Source of the DNA: an uncultured Chloroflexia bacterium
GTDB taxonomy: Bacteria > Chloroflexota > Dehalococcoidia > UBA2979
Length of the DNA: 64,000 nt
Reading direction: 5' to 3'
NCBI GenBank assembly: GCA_963728205.1
Contig: CAVSIV010000006.1
Location: 1,312,001 to 1,376,000, forward strand
Shown here: one piece after another, positions 19,322 through 29,390 of the stretch
Layout: each line of letters starts with the position of its first letter
How positions within the stretch are numbered: position 1 is the stretch's first letter
The notes under the pieces: model-generated
Told to the model about the DNA's origin: nothing
Seen by the model: only the letters and a program-made list of their open reading frames with translations
Databases searched by the model: none
Program-made: the position numbers and the translations under genes

Positions 19322-19795
19322 CTAGGGACCGCGGTCGCGGCGCGTGACGCGCCCGTCCGCGTCGATCTCGCCCAGGTGCACGCGCGTCGCCTTGATCGGC
19401 CGGCCGTCGTCGGCCAGCACGTAGGGGGCGACGACGACGCGCAGCGGCGCCAGCCCGCGGCGCTCGCGCTGCGCGTTGATCGAGCCGGCGGTGCCCGCGG
19501 TCTCCGCCGTCACCGCGATGGCGTCGTACACCGGCTCGAGCGCGAAGCCGAACGGGTGGTCGATCGCCACGATCGTTGCACGCGCGGCATAGCCGTGGGC
19601 GGCCAGGAACGCCTCGAGATCGGCGACGCGCTCGCGCCACGGCCGCACGCGTCGAGCGCGGTGCGCGTTCGCGAAGTCGTCGGTGGTGACGCCGATCGCG
19701 ACGCCCTCGTCGCCGGCGGCGAAGGCGGCGTCCAGCAGCGCGTGGTGGCCGCGGTGGAGGACGTCGAAGGTGCCGCCCATCGCGACGCGCGTCAT
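19322..19795 (-). CDS. coaD: Archaeal/eukaryotic-type phosphopantetheine adenylyltransferase (COG1019-like)
   Basis: VAMGGTFDVLHRGH, IGVTTDDFA, AVTAET, INAQRERRGLAPL, ADDGRPIKATRVHLGEIDADGR. Confidence 0.85.
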   Translation of the reverse strand: MTRVAMGGTFDVLHRGHHALLDAAFAAGDEGVAIGVTTDDFANAHRARRVRPWRERVADLEAFLAAHGYAARATIVAIDHPFGFALEPVYDAIAVTAETAGTAGSINAQRERRGLAPLRVVVAPYVLADDGRPIKATRVHLGEIDADGRVTRRDRGP

Positions 19796-20056
19796 CGCGG
19801 CGGGCCCGGAGCGAGCGGCGTGGAGGAGCCGAGGCGGGACGGGCGGTCGTGCGGGCGGAGGCGACGGCGCGGGAGCGGGCGGCGGCGTGCGGCAAGCATG
19901 TCGACCCCTTTCGGGGGGCGCCGCCCGCAGTCTAGCGTGGCGCCCGTCACGCGGCGCGGTGGTCGTGGCGGTGAGCCGGCGGCGGGCGGTGGTCTTCTCG
20001 ACGTCGGGGCTCGATACAATCGTGGTCGCCCGCGTGACGGGGGAAGGCAGGCGCGC

Positions 20057-20461
20057 ATGGCCACCGTCCAGGTCCGGTACATCGTCCACGACGTCGACGC
20101 AGCGATCGCGTTCTACTGCGGGCAGCTCGGCTTCACGGAGGTCATGCACCCCGCGCCGGCCTTCGCCATGCTCTCGCGCGGCGACCTCCGGCTCGCGCTC
20201 AGCGCGCCGAACCCGCAGGGCGGCGGGGGCCAGTCGATGCCGGACGGCACGCGGCCGGAGCCAGGCGGCTGGAACCGGTTCTCCATCGAGGTCGACGACA
20301 TCGAGACGACGGTCGCCGCGCTGCGCGCCGCCGGCGCGCACTTCCGGAACGACATCGTCACGGGCGTCGGCGGGAAGCAGATCCTCGTCGAGGACCCGTC
20401 GGGCAATCCCATCGAGCTGTTCCAGCCGACGATCGCGGAGGCGCGCCTCGACGGCCGCTGA
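20057..20461 (+). CDS. VOC/glyoxalase family protein
   Basis: VRYIVHDVDAAIAFY...PGGWNRF...GGKQILVEDPSGNPIELF. Confidence 0.92.
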   Translation: MATVQVRYIVHDVDAAIAFYCGQLGFTEVMHPAPAFAMLSRGDLRLALSAPNPQGGGGQSMPDGTRPEPGGWNRFSIEVDDIETTVAALRAAGAHFRNDIVTGVGGKQILVEDPSGNPIELFQPTIAEARLDGR

Positions 20462-20489
20462 GGCGGCTGTCGTGCCGGCGCCGGCCGAG

Positions 20490-20843
20490 CTACACGGCCC
20501 GGCTCGGGCGGTCTCGTGCCAGCTGGACCAGGAAGCACGGGTGGCCGTCCACGTCGGCGACGGCGAAGACCTTCCCGAACGGCAGCTCGCGCAGCTCCAT
20601 GGTGACGCGGGCGCGCGACGCAAGCTCGCGGTAGGCGGCTTCCGCGTCGTCGACGAGCCAGTACAGCTCAGGTTCGCGGGTGCCGCCCAGGGCCTCGTCG
20701 CCGGCGATCGCGAAGTGATCGAACTGGACGAACATGGGGTGGTCGCGCTGGACGGTGAGGCCGAGCACGTCGACGTAAAAGCGCTTCGCGGTCTCGACGT
20801 CCTGGACGTACTGGATCGGAAATCCGAACTGCGGGCGTGGCAT
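20490..20843 (-). CDS. VOC/glyoxalase family protein
   Basis: YVQDVETAKRFYVDVLG...PFGKVFAVADVDGH. Confidence 0.85.
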   Translation of the reverse strand: MPRPQFGFPIQYVQDVETAKRFYVDVLGLTVQRDHPMFVQFDHFAIAGDEALGGTREPELYWLVDDAEAAYRELASRARVTMELRELPFGKVFAVADVDGHPCFLVQLARDRPSRAV

Positions 20844-20897
20844 GATCGCGTCCTCCCCGGTGGGCGTGGGCGGTTCACGAACGGAACGTAGCACCCC

Positions 20898-21518
20898 CTG
20901 CCGACGCAACCTCCTCCGCCGTCGTTTCGTGGCCGTCGCATCTGCGTCATCGGGAACGCCGGCGCGGGCAAGACAACGCTGGCCCGCGCGCTCGCCGCTT
21001 GTCTCGAACTGCGCTACATCGACCGCGACGCCACCGTGTGGGGCCCGGGCTGGACCGCGCTGCCGCGCGCCGAGCGCCCCGCCGCCTTCGACGCCGCGAC
21101 GCGCGACGGAGGCTGGACCTACGACGGCCACCTGCGACGCGATCGTCCCGACGAGCAGGTCGTCCTCTCGCGGTGCGACACCATCGTCTGGCTGGACCTC
21201 CCGCGCCGCGTCGTGGCGTGGACCGGACTTCGCCGCTCGCTGAGCCGCATCGTCACGCGCGAGCGGCTCTGGAACGGCAACGTGGAGACCTGGCGCATGC
21301 TGCTGTCGCGCGAGTTCTCGGTCGCCTGGGCCTGGCGCAGCCACGCGCGATTGCAGCGCGACTACGCGGCGCTGTTCTCGGCCGGAGACCCGGCCGGCCG
21401 CGCGCTCGTGCGGCTGCGGAGCCGCGACGAGGCCGACCGCTGGCTCGCCAATGTCTGTGGTCGCACTCGCGCCGAGCCCGGTGCATCGGCGCAAGACTCG
21501 GTTCGACGTAATGGTTGA
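20898..21518 (+). CDS. P-loop kinase (adenylate kinase-like/topology modulation family)
   Basis: In frame upstream of ORF 21036: RICVIGNAGAGKTTLARAL; later WTYDG, DTIVWLDLPR; only CTG at 20898 available as start. Confidence 0.75.
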   Translation: MPTQPPPPSFRGRRICVIGNAGAGKTTLARALAACLELRYIDRDATVWGPGWTALPRAERPAAFDAATRDGGWTYDGHLRRDRPDEQVVLSRCDTIVWLDLPRRVVAWTGLRRSLSRIVTRERLWNGNVETWRMLLSREFSVAWAWRSHARLQRDYAALFSAGDPAGRALVRLRSRDEADRWLANVCGRTRAEPGASAQDSVRRNG

Positions 21519-21702
21519 GACACGGTCGAGGCGAGGAGCACGGCTTCGTCGCGCCGCCGCTGCCGCGTGCACGCGTCGTGTAGGAACCGTACTCACCCTG
21601 ACGCAAACGTTCGAACCGGCGCACGTACGATTGATGTGGATCGATGGCGGTTCAACGACTATGTTGCTCCGACACTCTGACCGGAGAGAGCAGGAACACC
21701 AG

Positions 21703-21990
21703 ATGCCCAAGTTCACGCAACTGAAGTCCGAGGATGTCGCCATCGGCCGAGAGCGCGCTGCGGAAGAGGCTCGGAAGCCATATCTCGACGCGCTGAAGGC
21801 GAGCGACGCCGGGCAGATCGACCTCGACCGCAACGAGATCCCATCGACGGTGAAGCGCCGCCTCGCGGATGCCGCCGCCGAGCTCGGGGTGAAGGTGCGG
21901 TCGAGCTGGACGGACGGCAACCAGCGCTCGCTGGTGTGGAAGAAGTCCGGCAAGCGCGGCGCGCCGCGCGGTCCCCGCAAGGCAGGCTAG
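21703..21990 (+). CDS. Small basic hypothetical protein (possible DNA-binding)
   Basis: RBS AGGA, MPKFTQLK..., TVKRRLADAAAELGVKV, K/R-rich tail. Confidence 0.7.
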   Translation: MPKFTQLKSEDVAIGRERAAEEARKPYLDALKASDAGQIDLDRNEIPSTVKRRLADAAAELGVKVRSSWTDGNQRSLVWKKSGKRGAPRGPRKAG

Positions 21991-22104
21991 CCGCCCGTCG
22001 CGGCCCACGCGTCCGGGCGGCCGCGGCCTTCACGGGCACACGGGCGCCTGGGCAGTGGCCGGGTAGCGGTTCGCCGGCCCGTGCGCTCGGCGCTTCGTCG
22101 CGCC

Positions 22105-22917
22105 CTACGCGGCCGAGTGGTGCGACGGCGTCGCCTCGACCATGGACGCCGCGACGACGCGCTCCACGTGCCGGTCTACCCACGACCGCCCGCCGAACTG
22201 GCGGAGCGTCGCGATCACGCCCTCCGCGTAGGCGCGCGCCACCGGGGTCATCGGGCGTGTCCGCGGCGTCCCGTGCGGGATGCCGAGCACCGACGCCGCC
22301 GAGCACGCGGTGACGACCACGCCGGGGAACGCGTACGGCTGCGCCGGCGTGCGCGGGGCCGGGAAGCCGATCGCCGCGACGAGCCACCGCGGGAGCTGCA
22401 ACTCGGAGCCGATGAGCGCCGCGACCTCGATCTCCGTGAAGCCGAGCAGCTCGCGTTCGGCCGCCACGAGGTCGAGCGCTTCGGTCTCGGCGAGCGTCAT
22501 CGCGGCCTGGAGGCCGTGCGGGAAGTAGCGATCGAGCGCCAGCCGCCCGAGCCGGTGGGCGAAGCCCGCGACGAACGCCTGGTTCGCGCGGTCGGGGTCG
22601 GCCACGGCGGCCGCCGCCACCACGCCGGTCGCGGCCGCATGGCGCCAGAACGCGTCGCCGTCGAGCGCCTGGCAGGTGGCGCCCCACCACTGCGTCAGCA
22701 CGCGCGTGACGTCGATCAGGCGCAGCCGGTCGTAGCCGATGCCGGACTCCGCACGCCGCAGCGGCAGCCAGCTGCCGACGCGCGACTCGTGGCCCTCGAG
22801 CACCGAGGTCAGCGCGCGAGCGTCGCGCCCCGGCTCCTGGAGGAGCGCGCGAAACGGCCGGAGATCCGGCGCGTCCGCGACCGTCTGACGAACGACCGTG
22901 TCGAGCGCGAATTCCAC
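22105..22917 (-). CDS. HDOD domain protein (degenerate)
   Basis: AFWRHAAATG, AFVAGFAHRLGRLAL, ERELLGFT..EVAA, LPRWL; GTG start inferred. Confidence 0.75.
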   Translation of the reverse strand: MEFALDTVVRQTVADAPDLRPFRALLQEPGRDARALTSVLEGHESRVGSWLPLRRAESGIGYDRLRLIDVTRVLTQWWGATCQALDGDAFWRHAAATGVVAAAAVADPDRANQAFVAGFAHRLGRLALDRYFPHGLQAAMTLAETEALDLVAAERELLGFTEIEVAALIGSELQLPRWLVAAIGFPAPRTPAQPYAFPGVVVTACSAASVLGIPHGTPRTRPMTPVARAYAEGVIATLRQFGGRSWVDRHVERVVAASMVEATPSHHSAA

Positions 22918-23111
22918 GATGGGGCCCCTCGGTACGCGCCGCGCTCCCCGGCCGGGGTCGGCATCGCATTTGCCAAGTCGATTGCGTGGCAATCGTCGCG
23001 GACGCGGTGCGATGGACGGACCCTCCAAGGTCCCGCCGTATGGGGCCGAAGGTCCCGGGCGCGGGTGCGCCGATCCGCGCAGTCGCGGTCGGTGCGACGC
23101 ATCGCGCCGCG

Positions 23112-23999
23112 CTACAGCGCGCCGATGGCGGTCAGCGCACGCCGCACGTCCTCGACGCCCGCGGCCGAGAGCGGCGCCTGTGGCGGAAGCGGATCGCCGA
23201 CCGCGTACCCCTGCAACGTGAGGCCGCCCTTGATGCACGCCGCGAGGTGGTGGCGCGCGAACGCCTCGTTCAGCGCCCACAGGCGTCGCTGCAGCTCCAT
23301 CGCGCCGCGCCAGTCCTCGCGGCGGCAGCGCTCGTAGAGCTCGACGCTCTGCCGCGGCGCGACGCACGCGGGCCCGGCCATCCAGCCCACGCCGCCGATC
23401 AGCATCACCGCCGTCGCGACGTGCGCCGACGCGGCGAACACCTGCAGGCGACCCTCGACGCGGTTGAGGATCGAGAGCAGCCGCCCGGTGTTGGACGAAG
23501 CGTCCTTGATGTACGCGATGTTCGGCACGTGGCTGAGCCGGTCGATGACGTCGAGGCTGAGGTCGGAGCGCTGGAACGTCGGGTTCGTGTAGAGCACGAC
23601 GGGGATCGAGACCGCCGCGGCGACGGCGCGGAAGTAGTCGGCGACGCCGTCGTCGGAGAGCGGGAAGTAGGCTTCGAGGATTGCGAGGATGCCGGCGCAG
23701 CCCATCGCCTCGAACGCGCGTGCCTGGGCGACGGCGTCGGCGGTGGTGGTGGCCGCCACGCCGGCGATCACCGGGACGCGGCCGCTTGCGGCCTCGAGCA
23801 CCACCTCGACGACGCGCCGTCGCTGCGGCCACGAGAGGTACGCGAACTCACCGGTGGAGCCGAGCGGCGTGAGGCCGTGCACACCGGCCGCGACGAGGTC
23901 GTCACAGAGTCGCGCGAGGACGTCGGCGTGCACTTCGCCGTCGGCGTCGACGGGCGAGACGAGGTAGGGGAAGACGCCGTGGAAGCCGGAGTCGGTCAT
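23112..23999 (-). CDS. Dihydrodipicolinate synthase/N-acetylneuraminate lyase family protein
   Basis: GSTGEF, LYTNP, YIKDASS Schiff-base lysine. Confidence 0.92.
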   Translation of the reverse strand: MTDSGFHGVFPYLVSPVDADGEVHADVLARLCDDLVAAGVHGLTPLGSTGEFAYLSWPQRRRVVEVVLEAASGRVPVIAGVAATTTADAVAQARAFEAMGCAGILAILEAYFPLSDDGVADYFRAVAAAVSIPVVLYTNPTFQRSDLSLDVIDRLSHVPNIAYIKDASSNTGRLLSILNRVEGRLQVFAASAHVATAVMLIGGVGWMAGPACVAPRQSVELYERCRREDWRGAMELQRRLWALNEAFARHHLAACIKGGLTLQGYAVGDPLPPQAPLSAAGVEDVRRALTAIGAL

Positions 24000-24048
24000 G
24001 CGCGGGCTCGTCTCAACGAACCGGCCCGGACTTCCGTCCGGGCCGGCA

Positions 24049-24070
24049 TCGGCGGCATGCTGCCGCCGCT
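24049..24070. repeat. REP-like family A single copy
   Basis: TCGGCGGCATGCTGCCGCCGCT. Confidence 0.7.
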
Positions 24071-24088
24071 TGACGCGTCGCTGGTGGA

Positions 24089-25324
24089 TTAGCCGCGTGG
24101 CAGGCCGAGGCCGCGCGTGGCGATGATGTTCCGCTGGATCTCCGACGTGCCCGCGGCAATCGTCGACGGGACCGACCGCACGTAGTTCTGGGTGAAGTCG
24201 CCGTCGAGCGGCGCCCAGTGGTTCGGCGGGTCCTTGTACGTGTTGCGGGCGTCGTCGTCGTGGCCCCAGAACATGCTGTAGAGGCCGAACACCTGCGTGC
24301 CCGTGCGCGCCAGCTTCTGTGTCAGCTCCGAGTTGAACAGCTTCGACGTCGATGCCTCGTAGTTCGGGATCAGGCCCGCCGACTGCATCGAGATGATGCG
24401 GAAGCTGAACTGGAACTGGACCTCGGTCTCGATGTAGCGGTCTGCGATCTGGTGGCGCAGCGACGGCAGCGCCTCGAGCCGCGAGCGCTGCTTGCCCTCG
24501 TCGCTGTCGACGTAGTCGAGCAGCTTGCGGATCGACTTGCGGCTCGTGATCGCGCCGGTGATGTTCGAGCGCTCGAAGTCGAGCAGAGTGGCGCCGACGT
24601 ACCAGCCGCGGTTCTCCTCGCCGACGCGGTTCTTCGCCGGCACGCGGACGTCCTCGAAGAACGTCTCGTTGAAGTGGTGGTGTCCGCCCATGTCGATCAG
24701 TGGCCGGATCGAGAGGCCCGGCGTGTGGATGTCCATGAGCAGGAACGAGATGCCGCGGTGCTTCGGGGCGTCCGGGTCGGTGCGCACGAGGACGTAGAGC
24801 CAGTCGGCGTACTGGGCGCCCGAGGTCCAGATCTTCTGGCCGTTCACGACGTAGTCGTCGCCGTCGCGGATGGCGCGGGTCTGGAGCGAGGCGAGGTCGG
24901 AGCCGGCGCCCGGCTCGGAGTAGCCCTGCTGCCAGTTCACCTCGCCGGAGAGGATCTTGGGGAGGTGCTCGGCCTTCTGCTCGTCGGTGCCGTGGACGAT
25001 CAGGGTGGGGCCGAGCTGGCTGACGCCCTGGCCGCCGACGGCCGGCGCGCCGGCCTGGGCCATCTCCTGCTTGAAGATGAACTGCTCCATGGGGGTGAGT
25101 CCGGCGCCGCCGTACTCCTTCGGCCAGTGCGGGGCGATCCAGCCCTTCGCGGCGAGGGCGCCCTGCCACTCGGTCGCCGCGTCGCGGGTTCCGGCGTCGT
25201 CGGACTTGCGGTCCTGCACCCATTCGCCGTGCCCGGCCTGGTAGCGGGCGGGCAGCTTCGTTTCGATGAGGGTTTGCACCTCGCGGCGGAAGGCCGCCTG
25301 CTCGGGGGTGTCTTTCCAGTCCAT
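24089..25324 (-). CDS. Acyl-CoA dehydrogenase (paralogue of 14804-15991)
   Basis: [58 protein letters not shown]. Confidence 0.95.
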   Translation of the reverse strand: MDWKDTPEQAAFRREVQTLIETKLPARYQAGHGEWVQDRKSDDAGTRDAATEWQGALAAKGWIAPHWPKEYGGAGLTPMEQFIFKQEMAQAGAPAVGGQGVSQLGPTLIVHGTDEQKAEHLPKILSGEVNWQQGYSEPGAGSDLASLQTRAIRDGDDYVVNGQKIWTSGAQYADWLYVLVRTDPDAPKHRGISFLLMDIHTPGLSIRPLIDMGGHHHFNETFFEDVRVPAKNRVGEENRGWYVGATLLDFERSNITGAITSRKSIRKLLDYVDSDEGKQRSRLEALPSLRHQIADRYIETEVQFQFSFRIISMQSAGLIPNYEASTSKLFNSELTQKLARTGTQVFGLYSMFWGHDDDARNTYKDPPNHWAPLDGDFTQNYVRSVPSTIAAGTSEIQRNIIATRGLGLPRG

Positions 25325-25599
25325 GTGGGGCTCTCCTTCGCTGCGAGCGAACTGGCGCGCCGTCTGACCGAGGGCTGCGCGGTTCGGCGCGGCGATGATG
25401 CGCGGCGTGAACACGCACGTCAACGGCGGACGGCGGCCCGGACCGCGGACGCGGCACGGGCTCGACGCGCGATGTGGCGCGTTGCGGCTTCGCCCGCCCC
25501 CCGCACCGTTTCTCCACCATTGCTCAACCAGTCGACGACGAATCGCTCATATCTTCGCGCGCAGGGGGGTGGGCCCCGGGCCGGGGCAGGGGGACGGAC

Positions 25600-26064
25600 A
25601 TGCAGCAGTACATCGATCGTCTGCGCGAGCGGTACGTCGATCAGCCCGTGAAGTGGGCGGCGATCGCGGGGTTCGCGCTCGTGGTGCTCGGCGCCTTCGG
25701 GCCGTGGGCGACCGTGGGCGTCGCGGGCTTCCACGTCTCGGCGAACGGCTTCGACTACAACGGGGCGCTCGTGCTGATCCTGGCGCTCGCCGCGCTCGGC
25801 GGCATCGGCGCCTACACCTTCGCGCGGGGCGGTGTCCCGCTGGCGACGCTCCTCTGGGCGCTCGTTGCCTGCGCGGCCGTGATCGACGTGCTGGTGCTCA
25901 TCAACTTCCTCGACATCGTCGGCACGCGCGGCGTGGGCGTCGGCTGGGGGCTGTGGCTGACGGTCATCGGCGCGGTTGCCGCCTCGCTCGGCGCCGTCGT
26001 GCCGATGTGGGCCGAGATCCAGGCGCGCGGCCGCGACCTGCGCGGCGGCTCGCACACGTCCTGA
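25600..26064 (+). CDS. Hypothetical four-TM membrane protein
   Basis: GAFGPWATV...GVGWGLWL hydrophobic pattern. Confidence 0.75.
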   Translation: MQQYIDRLRERYVDQPVKWAAIAGFALVVLGAFGPWATVGVAGFHVSANGFDYNGALVLILALAALGGIGAYTFARGGVPLATLLWALVACAAVIDVLVLINFLDIVGTRGVGVGWGLWLTVIGAVAASLGAVVPMWAEIQARGRDLRGGSHTS

Positions 26065-26171
26065 GAACGCTCCGCCCGGGGGGCGTGCGCGACGGCGGAC
26101 GTGACGCCGTGGCGCTGCGCGGGGCCGTGCAGTCCGCCGCCCGCGTCGCCGTCGCATGCGACAATCGCCCC

Positions 26172-26543
26172 ATGGCGGTCGAGTCACTCAGCGCGATCAC
26201 GCTTGCGACGCGCGACATGGAGCGGGCGGTCGCGTTCTACGAGACGCTCGGGTTTCGTCGCGCCTGGGGACGGCCGGGCGGCGACTTCAACGTGCTCAAC
26301 GCCGGCAGCGCCTGGATCAACCTGTTCCTCGCCGAGCCCGACCGCGCCTGGGGCGCCTGGGGGCGCTTCATCCTGCACGTCGACGACGTCGACGCCGTCT
26401 ACGAAGCGCTGCGCGCCGCCGGATACGAGCCGGAGATGGCGCCGAGCGACGCGCCCTGGGGGGAGCGGTACTTCCACGTGAAGGACGCCGACGGCCATGA
26501 GGTCGCGATCGCGAAGCGGTTCCGCCCGCCGCGGACGGAATAG
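26172..26543 (+). CDS. VOC/glyoxalase family protein
   Basis: SAITLATRDMERAVAFY...DAPWGERYFHVKDADGHE. Confidence 0.9.
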   Translation: MAVESLSAITLATRDMERAVAFYETLGFRRAWGRPGGDFNVLNAGSAWINLFLAEPDRAWGAWGRFILHVDDVDAVYEALRAAGYEPEMAPSDAPWGERYFHVKDADGHEVAIAKRFRPPRTE

Positions 26544-26544
26544 G

Positions 26545-26573
26545 GCGAGCAGGCGCGTCAGGTCGCTGTTGCC
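26545..26573. repeat. Degenerate family B terminal repeat
   Basis: GGCGAGCAGGCGCGTCAGGTCGCTGTTGCC resembles 42675-42706. Confidence 0.5.
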
Positions 26574-26675
26574 GACCGGGCACGCACACGAGCGGCGGCC
26601 ACGCCACACGCCCGGCGGGTCCCAGCCCGAGCGGCCGCGCGCTTCCCTCGGCGCTCGCCGGCCGGAAGACCGGGC

Positions 26676-27758
26676 TCACACTCCCTGCGCGCCTCCGGAT
26701 CGCAGGCGCTCCGCGAGCGCTTCGCCGAAGGCGTGCGTGCCGAGCGGGCCGCCGAGGTCACGCGTGCGGTGCACCGGGTCCCCCAGCAGCGCGTCGACCG
26801 ACGACTCGATCGCGCGGGCGGCGGCGTCGTAGCGCGGGTCGGCGTGGCGGCGGCCGAGCCACTCGAGCAGCATCGCGGCGGAGAGAATCAGCGACGCCGG
26901 GTTCGCGACATCGGTGCCGGCGATGTCCGGCGCGGAGCCGTGCTGCGCCTGCGCCATGCAGTGCGCGTCGCCGGCGTTGACGGAGGCGGCGAGGCCGAGG
27001 CTGCCCGACAGCTCGGTGGCCTCGTCGGAGAGGATGTCGCCGTACATGTTCGTCGTGACGACGACGTCGTAGCGCGCGGCGTCGCGCACGAGCAGCGCGG
27101 CCATGGAGTCGACGAGCTGCTCGTCGTAGGCGACCGCCGGGTGCTCGGCGGCGACGCGGCGCACCTCCTGCAGGAACAGCCCCTCGGTGACGTGCAGCAC
27201 GTTCGCCTTGTGCACGGCGGTGACGCGGCGGCGGCGCGTCTCGGCGAGCGCGAAGGCGGCGCGCGCGATGCGCGCCGAGCCGGCCGCGGTGATCTTGCGG
27301 ACCGCGAGCGCGACGTCGGGTGTGGGCATGAACTCGCCGCTGCCGAGGTACATATTGCGGTCGGCGTAGAAGCCCTCGGTGTTCTCTCGCACGATCACGA
27401 GGTCCATTGCCGTGCGGCCCCAGTGCGGCACCGACGGGCGGGTGCGCGCGGGGCGGACGTTCGCGTAGAGGTCGAGCGCGAGGCGGAGGGCGCCCGACGG
27501 GTTCACGCCGCCCTCGGCCAGCGGCGGGTACTCGTGGTGCGAGACGGGGCCCATGAGGATGCCGTCGGCGGCGCGACAGGCGTCGAGCACCGCGGCGGGG
27601 AGGGTCGTGCCGTCGCGCGCGAGGCTCGCGAGGCCAATGTCGTGGGGCTCGAAGCGCAGGCCGAGCTCGAACGCGGCGTCGGCCGCCTCGAGGACGGCGA
27701 GGGTGGCGGCGGCGATCTCGGGGCCGATGCCGTCTCCGGCCAGGACTGCGATGCGCAT
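26676..27758 (-). CDS. Isocitrate/isopropylmalate/tartrate dehydrogenase family protein
   Basis: GDGIGPEI, RENTEGFY, HKANV, NMYGDILSDE, HGSAPDIAG. Confidence 0.93.
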   Translation of the reverse strand: MRIAVLAGDGIGPEIAAATLAVLEAADAAFELGLRFEPHDIGLASLARDGTTLPAAVLDACRAADGILMGPVSHHEYPPLAEGGVNPSGALRLALDLYANVRPARTRPSVPHWGRTAMDLVIVRENTEGFYADRNMYLGSGEFMPTPDVALAVRKITAAGSARIARAAFALAETRRRRVTAVHKANVLHVTEGLFLQEVRRVAAEHPAVAYDEQLVDSMAALLVRDAARYDVVVTTNMYGDILSDEATELSGSLGLAASVNAGDAHCMAQAQHGSAPDIAGTDVANPASLILSAAMLLEWLGRRHADPRYDAAARAIESSVDALLGDPVHRTRDLGGPLGTHAFGEALAERLRSGGAQGV

Positions 27759-27872
27759 GCGGCGCATCGTACGTGACGGGCCCGGGCGCGGGGGGTGTGA
27801 CGGGCGGGTGTAGGCTGCTGGGCGCGTCCGCTCGGGCGCGCGAAGAGGGAGGTCGCTCTGACCGAGGAAGTC

Positions 27873-29093
27873 GTGCCGGCGGAGGGCGCGCCCACGGCGG
27901 GCGCGCGCAGCGAGCACGGCTCGCCGCTCGAGGTGCTGCTCGTCGCCGGGCGGCTCGGCCTGACGTCGTTCGGCGGGCCGGTCGCGCACCTCGGCTACTT
28001 CCGCGACGAGTACGTCGTGCGGCGCGGGTGGGTCGACGATCACGCGTACGCCGACCTCGTCGCGCTGTGCCAGATGCTGCCGGGGCCGGCGAGCAGCCAG
28101 GTCGGCATCTCGATCGGGATGGTGCGCGCGGGGCTGCTCGGCGGGATCGCCGCGTGGCTCGGGTTCACCGTGCCGTCAGCGCTCGCGCTGATCGTCTTCG
28201 CCTACGGCCTGCGCGAATTCGACGTCACGAACGCGGCGTGGCTGCACGGCCTGCTGATCGCCGCGGTCGCCGTCGTCGCGAACGCGGTCTGGGGGATGGC
28301 GCGCAACCTCGCGCCCGACCGCGAGCGCGCGACGATCGCGGCGCTGGCGGCGATCGTGATGCTCGTCTCGCCGCACCCGCTGACGCAGATCGCGGTGATC
28401 GCCGTCGGCGCGGCGATCGGGTGGCGGCTGCTGCACGCGACGCCGCTCGCGCCTGAACAGGACACGGGGCTGCGCACGCCGGGGCGGCGCGTGGCCGTCG
28501 TCGCGCTCGTCTGCTTCTTCGCGCTGCTCGGGGCGCTGCCGCTGGCGCGGGCGTTCAGCACGAACCACGTGCTCGCGGTCGTCGACTCCTTCTATCGCGA
28601 CGGCGCGCTGGTGTTCGGCGGCGGGCACGTGGTGCTGCCGCTGCTGCAGGCGTCGGTCGTGCCGCCCGGCTGGATCTCGAACCACGCGTTCATCGCGGGG
28701 TACGGCGCCGCCCAGGCGGTGCCGGGGCCGCTGTTCTCGTTCGCCGCGTACCTGGGCGCCGCGATGACGCCCGAGCCGAACGGCTGGCTCGGCGGCGTGA
28801 TCGCACTCGTGGCGATCTACCTGCCGTCGTTCTTCCTCGTCACCGGGCTGCTGCCATTCTGGGGCGCGCTGCGCGCGCGCACGGCGGTGCGGTCGGCGCT
28901 GCTCGGCGTGAACGCGGCGGTGGTGGGGCTGCTGCTGTCGGCGCTCTACACGCCGGTGTGGACGAGCGCGGTGGCGCGACCGGCCGACTTCGCGCTGGTG
29001 GTCGCGACGTTCGCGCTGCTGGCGCTGTGGAAGCTGCCGCCGTGGATGGTGGTGGTGTTCGCCGCGGTGGCGGCGCAGGTGTTCTTGCGGTAG
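27873..29093 (+). CDS. chrA: Chromate efflux transporter
   Basis: LGLTSFGGPVAHLGYF, PGPASSQ, LVFGGGHVVLPLL, AQAVPGPLF. Confidence 0.93.
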   Translation: MPAEGAPTAGARSEHGSPLEVLLVAGRLGLTSFGGPVAHLGYFRDEYVVRRGWVDDHAYADLVALCQMLPGPASSQVGISIGMVRAGLLGGIAAWLGFTVPSALALIVFAYGLREFDVTNAAWLHGLLIAAVAVVANAVWGMARNLAPDRERATIAALAAIVMLVSPHPLTQIAVIAVGAAIGWRLLHATPLAPEQDTGLRTPGRRVAVVALVCFFALLGALPLARAFSTNHVLAVVDSFYRDGALVFGGGHVVLPLLQASVVPPGWISNHAFIAGYGAAQAVPGPLFSFAAYLGAAMTPEPNGWLGGVIALVAIYLPSFFLVTGLLPFWGALRARTAVRSALLGVNAAVVGLLLSALYTPVWTSAVARPADFALVVATFALLALWKLPPWMVVVFAAVAAQVFLR

Positions 29094-29116
29094 CGGGCGC
29101 GGGACTCCCCCCAACG

Positions 29117-29265
29117 CCCGGCGAGCGGAACGCGTTCCGCGTTCCCACTCAGCGTGCGTGTCCCGCCGTCGGCACCCACGCGGGTCGTGCGAGAACCGGG
29201 GTCGTTCGCGAGCCCGGCGGTCGTGCGGGCGAAGTCGGAACGCGGGACGCGTTCCGCTCGCCGGG
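29117..29265. repeat. Family C inverted doublet (32-bp arms)
   Basis: CCCGGCGAGCGGAACGCGTTCCGCGTTCCCAC 29117-29148 and near-perfect inverse 29234-29265. Confidence 0.8.
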
Positions 29266-29390
29266 ACGACACGTGACCTCCGTCACCGGAACCGCGTGGC
29301 TCACGCCAGCGTTAGGCGTCTGTCCGGCGGACTACGCTGGCATCTCGCCGGGCGGGTTGCCGCGATTGGGGACTCCTCACGCTGCCCTCC

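Noticed and set aside
21595-21670. LexA box upstream of the small basic protein
   Set aside because: GTTC half-sites present but no properly spaced GAAC-N4-GTTC
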